DNA of 63,748 nt, filler included, from Octopus bimaculoides (GCF_001194135.2; 8 parts of 8 records of this genome joined end to end with filler, not necessarily neighbours in it), one strand, 5' to 3'; counted from the whole stretch's first letter, positions 11,496 through 23,827 are shown. Notes: generated by a model from the sequence alone, not told the origin. A program made the numbers and translations.

Positions 11496-14034
11496 CCCTC
11501 TATCTACCAATGGGTCAAAAGGACCCATTTCGCTTTTTTTATTTATTTGCTTTTTCCTACTGCTTATATTATTTGATTCTGCTGATTTCTTGTGACTCTT
11601 ATTTTTTCTTGACTCCCTTTTATTTGTCAAATAGGAAATTTTCCGTGTGTTTATAAAAACTAGAAAATTTCACTTTATACATTAATTACCGTATGGGTCC
11701 ATTGGACCCTCGAATTAAATTCAGACAACACTTATGTCATTCTAAACAGAATAAAAGTAGTGTCAAATATTATTTTCCTAGATATTTATCAGGTATAAAA
11801 TAGATAAAATTGTATTCAATTTATTTGCTGAATTTTAGATAAAATAGGAAAAATTATGAAAATATTCCTGTAAATTTGTGTAGTATTGCATCATCTTCAA
11901 TCTGCTAGGTTATAGGGTGATGCAATATTTCTGTGATGATGCAACTCTTAGAATATATTGCATCATCTTTCAGGAGAGTATAAATATGTGTGAGAGCAAT
12001 ATCTGCCTTTAGTCTGCTGTCAAGCTTCATATAATTCAGTTGTGCTTTCCAGTATGCCTAGGCATGAAAACTTGAGTGAAGACCAAATATCGAAAAGGTT
12101 ATTGGAATTAGATGAAGAATAGGAAGAAGATAGTAGTGATTCTTTCTATTGCTCTGAAGATGATGGTGATTATGATTGAGTGCTGGACAGTTTAGGTTCT
12201 TTGTCATCAGATGATGAAGATACTCAAAAACAAATATCTGCAAGCCACCCAATTATGAATGAGCAATATGTTTCTAGAGACAGACAAGAAGTTTGGAATT
12301 CTAATCCTTTTACTCAAGCAGCAGTAAAAACTTCATCTTGCAATATTGTATGCCAAGAATGTGGACCATACTGTTTTGCTGAAAGGTCTTGTGATAGCAT
12401 TGAAAAATGTTTTACTAACTTTATGTGCCAGAATCTTGAAGTAATTCGTAAATGGAAAACTGTTGAAGGTTAGGCTGTTTACAAAGATAAATGGAAAGAA
12501 ATTGATCACTCTGAACTAAAGAAATTTATTGGACTGACTAGTCTTATAGGTGTTTATAAATCTAAACATGAAAATGCTACACAGTTATGGAGTCAAGAAG
12601 ATGGCCACCCAATATTCAACAAAATTATGAACCGGGGAAGATTTCAACAGATTTTACAAGTATTGCATTTTGATGATGCAAGAAGAAAAAAGAGAAGTGA
12701 TGATAAATTGGAGCCCATGAGAGAAGTATTTGAAATGTGGAATCAGAATTTGCAAGATGGATATGTTCCAAGTTCATGCGTGACAGTTGATGAACAATTA
12801 GTTTTATTCAGAGGGCGCTGTCCATTCCAAGTATATATTCCTTCAAAACCAGGGAAATATGGAATTAAAATTTGGGCAATATGCAACAGTGAAACATCTT
12901 ATGACCGGAAAATTCAAATCTACAATGGAAAAAAAAAAACAGTAAAAGAGAGAGAGACAAATCAAGGTTCAAGATTTGTTGAAGACCTAGTAAAAGAACT
13001 TTAAAATATCGGTCGCAATATAACTTGTGATAATTTTTTTTACAAGTCTAGGATCGGCTCGAAAGCTGCTTAGCAAGAAAACTACTTTAGTTGGAACAAT
13101 TAGAAAGAGTTGAACTTCCAAGTGCTTTCACAAATGGAAAAGAAAGAGAAATCAACAACACAACATTTGGATTTCAAAAGGATTCTATGATCCTGTCTTA
13201 TTGTCCCAAGAAAAATTATGTACTCACACTTATGAATACAATGCACTCTCAGCCTTCAATTGATTAAAAAAGTGCTGAAAATAAACCTGAAGTTATTACA
13301 TGTTACGACAAAACAAAAGGAGAAGTTGATATCCTAGATAAGATAGTAAGGACATACACTTGCAAAGGAATGACTCGAAGATGGCCTATGGTTATATTCT
13401 ACAACATGATTGATATAAGTGTAGTGAATGCTTTCATTGTTGCTAAACAGCTTCACTTGCAAAGTTTCAAGGATAAAAGAAGACAGTGCCTGATTCAGTT
13501 AGGAAAGGAACTTACTGGAGTTAATGCTAAACAAGAACATGACAAACAATCTTCTAGTACCGCTAACATTTCTCAACCAAACAAGAAAAGAAGACGATCT
13601 TCAACCTNNNNNNNNNNAACATGACAAACAATCTTCTAGTACCGCTAACATTTCTCAACCAAACAAGAAAAGAAGACGATCTTCAACCTCATTTGAGATT
13701 CCTCAGCCAAAGAAAAAAAGGAAGATGTTCTTTGTGTGGCCCACAAAAAGGCAGGAAGACTCGTAATACATGTAAGAACTGTAATATCCATGTTTGCCAA
13801 GAACATTCCAATGTTGTCAGCATTCGCTGCCATGAAGAGTTGTAATTCTATATTTTTGTAATTTTAAAAATTTATAACTATTTTTTAAAATTAAAATTTG
13901 TGAGAAACAGTAATTCTTCATTCACCTGATAGCATATAAAATGTAGCTAAGAAATAGTGATAGTTTGAATAAAATTTAATTAAAAGGACCCAGTTGGTAA
14001 TTAGTGACATACATTTTCTCTGGTAGACCAAGGG
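11496..14034 (+). mobile_element. Full-length piggyBac DNA transposon (2539 bp)
   Basis: TTAA TSDs at 11492-11495 and 14035-14038. TIRs ccctctatctacca / tggtagaccaaggg (11/14). Subterminal gggtc/gaccc inverted repeats near 11510, 11695 and 13985. Confidence 0.95.
12054..13845 (+). pseudogene. piggyBac transposase (PGBD4-like), disrupted by stops and frameshifts
   Basis: VTVDEQLVLFRGRCPFQVYIPSKPGKYGIKIW, NITCDNFF, TKGEVDILDK, RRWPMVIFYNMIDISVVNAF, and C-terminal Cys-rich CSLC...CKNCNIHVCQEH. Confidence 0.92.
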
Positions 14035-14710
14035 TTAAACAGTCATTAGCAGACATAATTTCGCTCGCATTCAAATAAAAATCGTTCCATTAACAAAGTG
14101 TATCAAAATCTATATAATAGATAAATATTAATCTAAACATCCAGGCTATACCTAATCTATTTATAAAATTAAAATTCATTATTTTTCTCAGCACCGACGC
14201 CCCCAACATAAGTTCTTATCCACTCGCAATTATTGCAACTTTAGCTAAATTGAGTTTTCTTTTCAATATTCCCAGTAGAGTTAGTCTGANNNNNNNNNNG
14301 TATTTAGTGTTTATTTGCATGCCTTCCTACAGGACCTCTGAGAGAAATTTTGTAAGAAGGAACAAAACTGCTTTCGGGGATATCATGGCAATGGTGGGGC
14401 TCTTATCAATTTCAAAGAAAGGCTGTAAGTTTTTTTAATTTTTTATTTCTTTAGAGAGAAAGACAGCCTCAGCAGGAATTGGGAGAGAGCTCACGTTGGC
14501 TGTCTGTATCTCTCTTTGGCTTCCTGGGCCCAGGGCTTTTCTAAATTTTATTAGTTTTTTTTTTTTTTATAACCAGGAATGTTCAATTTATCTAACAAAA
14601 CAAAAGAATATTTGTTTTGTTTCACCATTGAATAATAAATTTGATGTAGACGGCTTTGTTGTTTTATTACGTTTCATATCGTATTTCGCTCTCCTCCTCA
14701 GTTGAAATTA

Positions 14711-15985
14711 TGAGGACGGTTGAAAAGTTCATAGGCTGACTAGGAAGGAACGATGCTAAAGCTGTGAAATCTTGCACGCAATAATTTCAACCTTTCTAAG
14801 GCGGCGAGCTGGCAGAAACGTTAGCACGCCGGGCGAAATGCTTAGCGGTATTTCGTCTGTCTTTACGCTCTGAGTTCAAATTCCGCCGAAGTCGACTTTG
14901 CCTTTCATCCTTTCGGGATCGATAAATTAAGTACCAGTTGCGTACTGGGGTCGATCAAATCAACTGGCCCCCTCCCCTAAAGTGCCGAGAGCAGAAAAGA
15001 ATAATTTCAACCCTTCTTATTAATAACCGTACTGCTTCTCTCCAGATAAACTGACATATCACTGTTCAAAAAGGACTTCAAAACTAACTAGTAGCGACTT
15101 CTCTTGAAAATGAACAAAATTTGACATCTTTGTGTTACCAAGTACTGCAGATAACGGGTTTAACCCCCACGGATATTTATGCTGACATGGTTGTTACATT
15201 GGGGGATAACGCTCCAGTTTTATCGACAGTGCAGAAGTGTACAGCTGAATTTAGGAGGGTAAGGCAGAGTTTTGAAGATGATCGAAGGTCTGGAAATCCT
15301 GCAGTTACCACCACTAAGGAAAACATTGATCGTGTTCACCACATAGTGATGGATGACAGGCGACTGACTATAAATCATATAGCTAATGCTATTAGCATAC
15401 ACCATGAGAAAGTTAAAAATATTCTGCACTGTGAAGTTGGCATGACGAAGGTTTCTGCTCGGTGAATGTCATGTTTCTGACACGTGATCCAAAAGTGCTC
15501 CAGCTGATCACACTATGGGAAAATCTGACATTGTTTGAGGCAGATCCAGCTGGTTTCTTTTAATGTTTCCAAACTCAAAATGAGTGTTGAGTTCATCACT
15601 TTGAGCTAGAGACAAATAGACAATCCACGGAGTGAAAACACCTCTCCTCACCTGATTCAAAGAAGGCCAAAGTCGTTTTATCTGCAGAGAAGGTGATGGC
15701 ACCAGCGTAGCTAGAGTGTGCCGCCTGGGGCAGCCCTTTTTTCATCAATGAAGTGTACTATGCCAAATTGCTGAGGCAGTTACGAAAGGCTATCAAGACC
15801 AAACACCCAGGAAAACTGACGAAAGATGTCTTGTCACATCAGGACATGCTCCTGCACACAAGTTCTTGGTTTCAATGGCTGCTGTATGTGACTGTGGCTT
15901 TGAACTGCTTGACCGCCCTCCATATTCACCTAATTTTGCCCCATATGATTATTATCCGTTCACCCAACATGAAAAAACACTCTAC
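14711..15985 (+). mobile_element. Mariner (DD34D) transposon: left TIR plus decayed transposase; right end not seen
   Basis: TA + tgaggacggttgaaaagttc TIR. HTH region EDDRRSG.P...ENIDRVHHIVMDDRRLTI...GMTKVSAR, a degenerate WVHHF/KKAK block, YYAKLLRQLRKAIKTKHPGKL, and HQD(N)APAH and PPYSP.AP.DY remnants. Confidence 0.85.
14800..14999 (+). mobile_element. SINE family C nested in the mariner 5' region
   Basis: Family C body flanked by direct repeat aataatttcaacc at 14780-14792 and 15000-15012 (TSD). Confidence 0.9.
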
Positions 15986-16194
15986 AGCCTTAGTCTCACA
16001 CAAGTCACAGAGACCTCAAAATATTGAATAGACATATGTTATCAGTTTTTTAAGAGACATTCTGGCGTAACTTTTTAACAATGGGGTTCTTAAACATTAA
16101 TTTAGCACTTCACTACGTATAAACCCGTCGCAATTTGAATGTCATTTCAGTTGATACCTTTGTGATTAATATGAACATTACAACATCCAATCAG

Positions 16195-16235
<41 letters not shown>

Positions 16236-16500
16236 GTGATATAAGGTCCCTAGTCAAAACCAAACCAAAATTTAGATCTTAATGAGGGTTTCATAGAACA
16301 AGGAATCCTAGCTTCTAAAATGTAGAAACATGAAAGCTTTCCGAAGTGGGTTAATTGTAATGATAATGATATCTTCCTGGTTGTTTTTCCCAGCTTCATT
16401 CAACTCCATTGGGTAATCACAGATATTTATATGGTCGCCTCGACTACTTTCGACTGTACTGATTAATATGGAAACCCATACGTAAAGCACGTTAAATATA

Positions 16501-16870
16501 TGTGGCACTCTATCGGTTGCGACGACGAGGGTTCCAGTTGATCCAATCAACGGAACAGCCTACTCGTGAAATTAACGTGCAAGTGGCTGAGCACTCCACA
16601 GACACGTGTACCCTTAATGTAATTCTCAGGGAGATTCAGTGTGACACAGAGTTTGATAAGGCTGGCCCTTTGAAATACAGGTACAACAGAAACAGGAAGA
16701 AAGTTGTGGTGAAAGAGTACAGCAGGGTTTGCCACCACCCACTGCCGGATCCTCATGGAGCTTTAGATGTTTTTGCTCAATAAACACTCAGAACGCCCGG
16801 TCTGGGAATCGAAACCGCTATCCTACGACCGCGAGTCCGCTGCCTTATCCACTGGGCCATTGCGCCTCCA
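16501..16870 (-). mobile_element. tRNA-derived SINE, family D, near full length
   Basis: Minus-strand head gtggaggcgcaatggcccagtgg...ggtttcgattcccagaccggg (A/B boxes). The tail is shared with 27825-28000. Confidence 0.8.
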
Positions 16871-17152
16871 CGCGCGTTAAATATAGTAGCATTTACTGTG
16901 ATGTTTCACATTCACATTTTCAATACTGAGCTGAACGTGCCCATTGATCAGTAACCAGGACACATCCCCTAAAACAGATATAATGGCAACGGTATGAATA
17001 TTACACATCAATCCTAATTCCAATGTGGCACACTGCTTCGTTAATTTCGTCGTTTCTTGTATGTAACATTGCGACTTGGTGTTTTTCTTCTTATGTTTTC
17101 ATTGTTTTTATTCTCCTTTATTTTTTAACCCTGATATCGGATGGCTTTCTAA

Positions 17153-17350
17153 GGCGGCAAGCTAGCTGAACCGTTAACACACGGTACAAAATGCTTAGTG
17201 GTATCATCCGCCTTTGTGTTTTGAGTTCAAATTACCCCGAGATCGACTTTACCTTTCAATCTCTCGAAGTCGATGAAATGAATACCAGTTGAGCACTCGA
17301 CTATCCCCACTCCTCCCAAATTTCAGGCCCTGATCCTACAGGAGAAGGGA
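17153..17350 (+). mobile_element. SINE family C (diverged)
   Basis: ggcggcaagctagctgaa...gagttcaaatt...aaatttcaggccc tail. Confidence 0.75.
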
Positions 17351-18514
17351 TTATTTAAATACCACTTCAGCCCTTTTTTTCCCTTTGAGCCACTTTCAAA
17401 ATGTTTATTTTATCGACTTCCAGAAGCTCTTTAACGTAGTTTAATTTCTCTACCTAGGAATGATGTTGTAGCTCAGTGTAACCTCTAATTATTACGAATG
17501 GCTAACATAATTGTTTGGACTATTGCTAGTGAAGTGTTACCTCTGTAGTATTGTCAATGCAGTCGGTTGCTGCTTCAGGTAAAACTAAACAAAGACCATC
17601 AAAGCAATGTTACAATGTATTAAATAAAGTCTTTGTCCACTTTCTTAAACAAAATAATTACATAGAAAGACAAAAAACGGTTTGGGTTTTTTTTTAACTG
17701 TATTTTTTTAATCTCCTAAATGCAAAAACAACAATGCACTCACACGAGCGCGCACGCACACACACACACGCTTCAAAGTCATTTGCAACATTTTCCTTGT
17801 AGCGTGTAAATATTGCATTGAAAAACCCTTTTCGGTAGCAAAAGTCGAAGGCTAGCAAAAAATCCGGGAAACTAAGAGAGCAGGAAATTATATAAGAACC
17901 GCTGGTGCCTCAAAGACTGTAGATGATATCTCCGACCGTTCTTTATTTCTAGCAAAAGAGAGAAAAAAGGAAGAAAGAAAAAGGAAAAAACTGAAACAGA
18001 TCGTCAAGTTAGGTCATAAAGTCCACTGTCAACGGTTTCTCTGTCAACGGTTCTTCCCACTCTAAGAACAGCACTGCCCCATTAGCTGTCTGAAAACGTC
18101 ATACATACCTCTACATATACTCCAGCACACCTACAACCAATCTGTCACAACAATTCTTCAGATTAATTCATACACACTGCTGCCAAGATCCCATACATTA
18201 TTTCTCTGTGTTTTATTATCGTTTGCATTTTCTTTCTATTATTTATTTCCAAGTGATTTTGTAGAACTCGAAGAACAAAGAATTCGAAATGACAAATACA
18301 TTGTTTGACTTATTTGTACATTCCGTTACGTATTTATTTTGGTTTCACGAGAGATAAATGAAATTTTCCTGAAAGGTTTCATTATGTGTGGGGTGGAGGG
18401 TTGCATGTGTGTGTGCATACACACAAACACATATGTATACATACATACATGCACATACATAGACACGTCTGTGTGTGCGTGTATATGCATGTGTGTGTAC
18501 ATTTTTATATACAT

Positions 18515-18686
18515 GGCGCAGGAGTGGCTGTGTGGTAAGTAGCTTGCTTACTAACCACATGGTTCTGGGTTCAGTCCCACTGCGTGGCACCTTGGACAAG
18601 TGTCTTCTACTATAACCTCGGGCAGACCAGAGCCTTGTGAGTGGATTTGGTAGACGGAAACTGAAAGAATCCCATCGTATATATAC
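18515..18686 (+). mobile_element. tRNA-derived CORE-type SINE, family A, 5' half
   Basis: ggcgcaggagtggctgtgtggtaagtagcttgc...gggttcagtccc, followed by CORE-like ggcaccttggacaagtg. Confidence 0.85.
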
Positions 18687-19576
18687 NNNNNNNNNNNNNN
18701 NNNNNNNNNNNNNNNNNNNNNNNNNNNNNNNNNNNNNNNNNNNNNNNNNNNNNNNNNNNNNNNNNNNNNNNNNNNNNNNNNNNNNNNNNNNNNNNNNNNN
18801 NNNNNNNNNNNNNNNNNNNNNNNNNNNNNNNNNNNNNNNNNNNNNNNNNNNNNNNNNNNNNNNNNNNNNNNNNNNNNNNNNNNNNNNNNNNNNNNNNNNN
18901 NNNNNNNNNNNNNNNNNNNNNNNNNNNNNNNNNNNNNNNNNNNNNNNNNNNNNNNNNNNNNNNNNNNNNNNNNNNNNNNNNNNNNNNNNNNNNNNNNNNN
19001 NNNNNNNNNNNNNNNNNNNNNNNNNNNNNNNNNNNNNNNNNNNNNNNNNNNNNNNNNNNNNNNNNNNNNNNNNNNNNNNNNNNNNNNNNNNNNNNNNNNN
19101 NNNNNNNNNNNNNNNNNNNNNNNNNNNNNNNNNNNNNNNNNNNNNNNNNNNNNNNNNNNNNNNNNNNNNNNNNNNNNNNNNNNNNNNNNNNNNNNNNNNN
19201 NNNNNNNNNNNNNNNNNNNNNNNNNNNNNNNNNNNNNNNNNNNNNNNNNNNNNNNNNNNNNNNNNNNNNNNNNNNNNNNNNNNNNNNNNNNNNNNNNNNN
19301 NNNNNNNNNNNNNNNNNNNNNNNNNNNNNNNNNNNNNNNNNNNNNNNNNNNNNNNNNNNNNNNNNNNNNNNNNNNNNNNNNNNNNNNNNNNNNNNNNNNN
19401 NNNNNNNNNNNNNNNNNNNNNNNNNNNNNNNNNAAAGAGAGAGTGGGAGGGAGGAAAAGCGGGAGAGAAAGATGTATGCATAGACGGAAATGTAAGCGAG
19501 AAAACATACTGCCAAGCATTTCTTGTTTTGCCGATCTTGGGATGATTACGAAAAATAGAAAACGAAATTTGGCACA

Positions 19577-19747
19577 GGCGCCGGAGTGGCTGTGTAGTAA
19601 GTAGCTTGCTTACCAACCACATGGCTCCGGGTTCAGTCCCACTGCGTGGCACTTTGGGCAAGTGTCTTCTACTATTGCCTCGAGCCAACCAAAGCTTTGT
19701 GAGTGGATTTGGTAGACGGAAACTGAAAGAATCCCATCGTATATATA
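19577..19747 (+). mobile_element. SINE family A, 5' half
   Basis: Same head and CORE-like motif as 18515-18686. Confidence 0.85.
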
Positions 19748-19990
19748 CGGATTAGAAAAACAGCCGACAACTAATGAAGGGCCGTTCGTTATGTTACTTG
19801 TCTTGTTTTCCATTTGATTCTTTTGTTTTTGCAAAAAAAAGTTCATATTCCATGTATTCATATTTCGTATGTCATGTTTGCGTTTTTTTATGTTGTTTAC
19901 GTTCCGTGACGCCATGTGCCCACATATGCATATACGTATAGATGTATGTACATATAGGTATGTATATATGCATATATATATTATTTATAT
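19748..19990 (+). repeat. Interspersed repeat family E fragment (unclassified)
   Basis: caactaatgaagggccg...agttcatattccatgta...tgtgcccacatatgcat matches the copies at 49225-49870 and 50145-51235. Confidence 0.65.
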
Positions 19991-20240
19991 ATATATATAT
20001 ATATATATATTGTGTAGGTATAAGTTAGGGGGTTTAATACCTCTAAGAGACAATAAAATCCAGAGTCGCTCCTGGCTATTAGCTGGGTAGGTACAGTCTT
20101 TTCTAAGGTTGTACGCTAGCAGGTGGTTCGGTTGGTCAACCGGAGTTTAGGTTATATAGAAGAAAATGGATATAATGAATATATAATGGATATATGAAAA
20201 CTATGTATGTTGACAATAGTGTGCTTAAAAAAATAATCTT

Positions 20241-20630
20241 TTCTATTATAGGCACAAGGCCTGAAATTTTTGGGGAGGAGACTAGTCGATTACATCGACC
20301 CCAGTGTTTCACTGGTACTTAATTTTTCGACCCCGAAAGGATGAAAGGCAATGTCGACCTCAGCGAAATTTGAACTCAGAACTTAGCGGCAGACGAAATA
20401 CCTATTTCGTTATTGCCCACAAGGGGCTAAACATAGAGGGAACAAACAAGAACAGACGAACGGATTAAGTCGATTACATCGACCCCAGTGCGTAACTGGT
20501 ACTTAATTTATCGACCCCGAAAGGATGAAAGGCAAAGTCGACCTCGGCGGAATTTGAACTCAGAACGTAACGGCAGACGAAATACCGCTAAGCATTTCGC
20601 CTGGTGTGCTAACAATGCTGCTAGCTCGCC
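20241..20630 (-). mobile_element. Tandem pair of family C SINEs with different 3' tails
   Basis: One head near 20630; the body occurs twice. Tail type 1 is gggcaataacgaaata and tail type 2 is aaatttcaggccttgtgcc. Confidence 0.8.
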
Positions 20631-21016
20631 TGGAAATATAAAGGAAATAATTTGGAGTGGTTTAGTGTCTTTAAAAGCAGAAATAATACAATTATAATTA
20701 TACCAACTTTTGAGGTTTTAGCTGCCTTAGTCAACCATTTGGAAATACATAATTCTGAAGTAAAAATTTAGAAGAATGTCTGAAGTTACATAACATTTCT
20801 GAATGTTAATTTAATCTATTTTCATTTTGAAATGACATCAATAGTTTTTCATTTAAACAAAGCTTGTCGTGAAAGCTGGAATAAACACTGCGACGTGCAT
20901 AGGTGTTGGTATGACTAATGATGACCGTTTTAAACACCACAGATATGTTTCTTTCAAGTGCCAAATGTATTTGGAAAGACGTGTACCAAATTTCATTTCT
21001 TGTTTCTTAAATATAT

Positions 21017-21360
21017 GCGTGGCGATGTGGTAAGAAGCTAAAGGCGCAAGTGTGGCTGTGTGGTAAGAAGCTTGCTTCCTAACCAAATAGTTCCGGGTTC
21101 AGTCCCACTTCGTGTTACCTTGGGCAAGTGTTTTCTACGAGAGCCTCAATGAGAATATCTTGAGAAAATTATCTGCAGAAACAGAAGTTTATTAAATATT
21201 CGTGGAAGATGTTCTACATTTGCAAAATATATTTTGGTCATACGTTTCGGCAAAAGAGATCGATAGAATAAGTATCAGGCTTTAAAAATCGACTAAAACC
21301 TCAAGTCGGTGCCCCAGCATGGCCGCAGTCTAAAGACTGGAACAAGTAAACTATAAAAGA
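21017..21360 (+). mobile_element. Fragmented SINE family A (head 21017-21145, tail 21240-21360)
   Basis: gtggctgtgtggtaagaagcttgc...cttgggcaagtg and gccccagcatggccgcagtc...gactggaacaag. Confidence 0.7.
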
Positions 21361-21509
21361 TCTTAATAAACTCGAATCTTAAAACAATTTTCGATCAGGC
21401 TGCTCTAAGTCCTGGGGAGAGGGAAGATGCAATATTATTGCCAAACTTAGCACAATATATTTAAATTTCGACATGCAGTTATCATAAAGTTGATAATTGT
21501 TTGGAGCAA

Positions 21510-21758
21510 TGTAGTTACATGAAGAAGAGGCTATATTTTTGTTGTTGCACATGTTTCTGAATCTGATAATTGTTGATGGAAATTCCCAAATTTTACAGCG
21601 TAGATTGCTTCAAAGGTATATCCATATCTATAAGTTATAAGGAATGGGAAGAAATTAAGTATAAGAAGTTCTTTGTTTATAGTTAATAAATAAATGTGAT
21701 AACTAAATAGTACAACTAGTTGTGTTTTCTCTGCGAGTCCCCCGAGAGGAATACAACA
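21510..21758 (+). mobile_element. Candidate 5' LTR of a Ty3/Gypsy retrotransposon (~249 bp)
   Basis: TGTAG...ACAACA termini, an internal AATAAA, and position just upstream of the PBS and gag. The second LTR is not in the window. Confidence 0.6.
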
Positions 21759-21766
21759 GAGTTTAT

Positions 21767-21785
21767 TGGCGTCGCCGATAGGATT
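21767..21785 (+). promoter_or_regulatory. Primer-binding site, tRNA-Ser-like
   Basis: TGGCGTCGCCGATAGGATT; its reverse complement AATCCTATCGGCGACGCCA has the form of a tRNA 3' end with CCA. Confidence 0.65.
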
Positions 21786-21824
21786 ACATGCATACTTTGC
21801 CGTAAAATTGTTCATCTTAATAAC

Positions 21825-23391
21825 ATGGCGGAAAAACAGACAGTAGAGCTGATAAAGTTCTTTAGGGAACAAATGGAACAGCAAATGCAGCAACATAAGA
21901 GAGATATGGACACTCTGTTAAAACTGTTTGGTGCCCGACAAGTTGAAGGCGATTCCAGTGGCTATTTTTCAGNNNNNNNNNNNNNNNNNNNNNNNNNNNN
22001 NNNNNNNNNNNNNNNNNNNNNNNNNNNNNNNNNNNNNNNNNNNNNNNNNNNNNNNNNNNNNNNNNNNNNNNNNNNNNNNNNNNNNNNNNNNNNNNNNNNN
22101 NNNNNNNNNNNNNNNNNNNNNNNNNNNNNNNNNNNNNNNNNNNNNNNNNNNNNNNNNNNNNNNNNNNNNNNNNNNNNNNNNNNNNNNNNNNNNNNNNNNN
22201 NNNNNNNNNNNNNNNNNNNNNNNNNNNNNNNNNNNNNNNNNNNNNNNNNNNNNNNNNNNNNNNNNNNNNNNNNNNNNNNNNNNNNNNNNNNNNNNNNNNN
22301 NNNNNNNNNNNNNNNNNNNNNNNNNNNNNNNNNNNNNNNNNNNNNNNNNNNNNNNNNNNNNNNNNNNNNNNNNNNNNNNNNNNNNNNNNNNNNNNNNNNN
22401 NNNNNNNNNNNNNNNNNNNNNNNNNNNNNNNNNNNNNNNNNNNNNNNNNNNNNCAAGCAAGTCTACAAGGTCCAACAGAACAAGAATAAGAGTCCTCAAA
22501 AGAACCATCAGCAGTTTTATTCCACAGACCAGGAGAAATGCTACCGATGTGGAAAGGCCCACAAAGTGACAGACTGTCCTTTCAAAGAAACCAAATGTAA
22601 TTTTTGTGACAAAAAGGGACATTTGCAAGCAGTGTGTAGAGAAAAACAACATCAGCAACGCAATGGCCACTCACAAACTCCCGTGAAAAGAATCACAAAA
22701 GCTGAGCTAGTCAAGGCGATCCTAGGCGAAGTTTCCCGAAATATTCATAGTTTGATTGTGCAAATAACAATCCAGAACAGACTGTTCACAATGGAATTGG
22801 ACACTGCCACTACAGGCAATTTTGTTTCCTTGTCTGTCTGGAAACAACTAGGAAAACCAAAGCTGCAATATGTCAAGCATCGCTATGAATCTGCCAGCAA
22901 GCACGACTTGCCTGTTCTGGGAACTATCATGGGCCAAACCAAGGATCCAACAACCGGTAAGCAGAATCTAATACCATACATCGTCACCAAGATCTCTGAT
23001 CTTAATTTTCTGGGTCGAAATGCTATCCAGACTCTGGGAATTTCCGTGGACACTGTTCTAGGTTTGAAAAGCATAGACAGCCAAGCCAAGAGGGAAGGTG
23101 CAGAAGTGATATATCCAAAGACCTCAAGTGAGCCCTATGCTTCCCTGCAACAAGATTGTCACATGTGTGATGAATTCCCAGATCTTTTCAAGCAAGAATT
23201 GGGATGTCTCAAGAACTTTGAACTGGAAGTGAAATTCAAATCGGACGCAACACCAGTCTTTCACAAGGCACGTCCAGTCCCGTTTGCTCTTCGTGATGAC
23301 CTGGCCAAAGGTTACGAAGAAGGCATCGCCAAGGGAATCTGGAAGCCAGTCCAGTTCGACGAATACGGAACGCCACTGGTACCGATTCGTA
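21825..23391 (+). CDS. gag-pol: Ty3/Gypsy gag-pol polyprotein, partial (N gap inside gag, cut by the linker at the start of RT)
   Basis: Two zinc knuckles CYRCGKAHKVTDC and CNFCDKKGHLQAVC, protease ELDTATTGNFVS...LGRN, then RT N-terminus FPDLF..ELGCL...PVFHKARPVPFALR...YGTPLVPI. No stops in the sequenced parts. Confidence 0.9.
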
Positions 23392-23491
23392 NNNNNNNNN
23401 NNNNNNNNNNNNNNNNNNNNNNNNNNNNNNNNNNNTTAATTAATTAANNNNNNNNNNNNNNNNNNNNNNNNNNNNNNNNNNNNNNNNNNNN
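23392..23491. other. Artificial scaffold-joining linker
   Basis: 44 N + TTAATTAATTAA + 44 N. Confidence 0.95.
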
Positions 23492-23782
23492 CGTTTACCT
23501 CCATTTTAACATAGGGCACACACATACCGAAATGCTAACAATGCGCCGTTCGTGAAGTAACACCTTGAAATTCCTTACAAAACATAACCAACCACCATGA
23601 TACGATGTCACGTGCCACAAATACACACACAAACACATACACACACCCATCTACGCCACGCGCACACAAAATCACTGTTTATTTCTCTTAGTCTGTCTGT
23701 CTGTCTGTCTCTGCCTGCCTACCTGTCTGTCTGTCATATTCTCTCCTCGCCTCTCTCTCCCTGAACACACACACACACACAT

Positions 23783-23827
<45 letters not shown>

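Noticed and set aside
13536-13689. 72-bp tandem duplication in the piggyBac transposase
   Set aside because: The copies are identical and flank a 10-N gap, so this is a contig-overlap artefact. Other 10-N gaps (38603, 45674, ~51283) show similar duplicated flanks.
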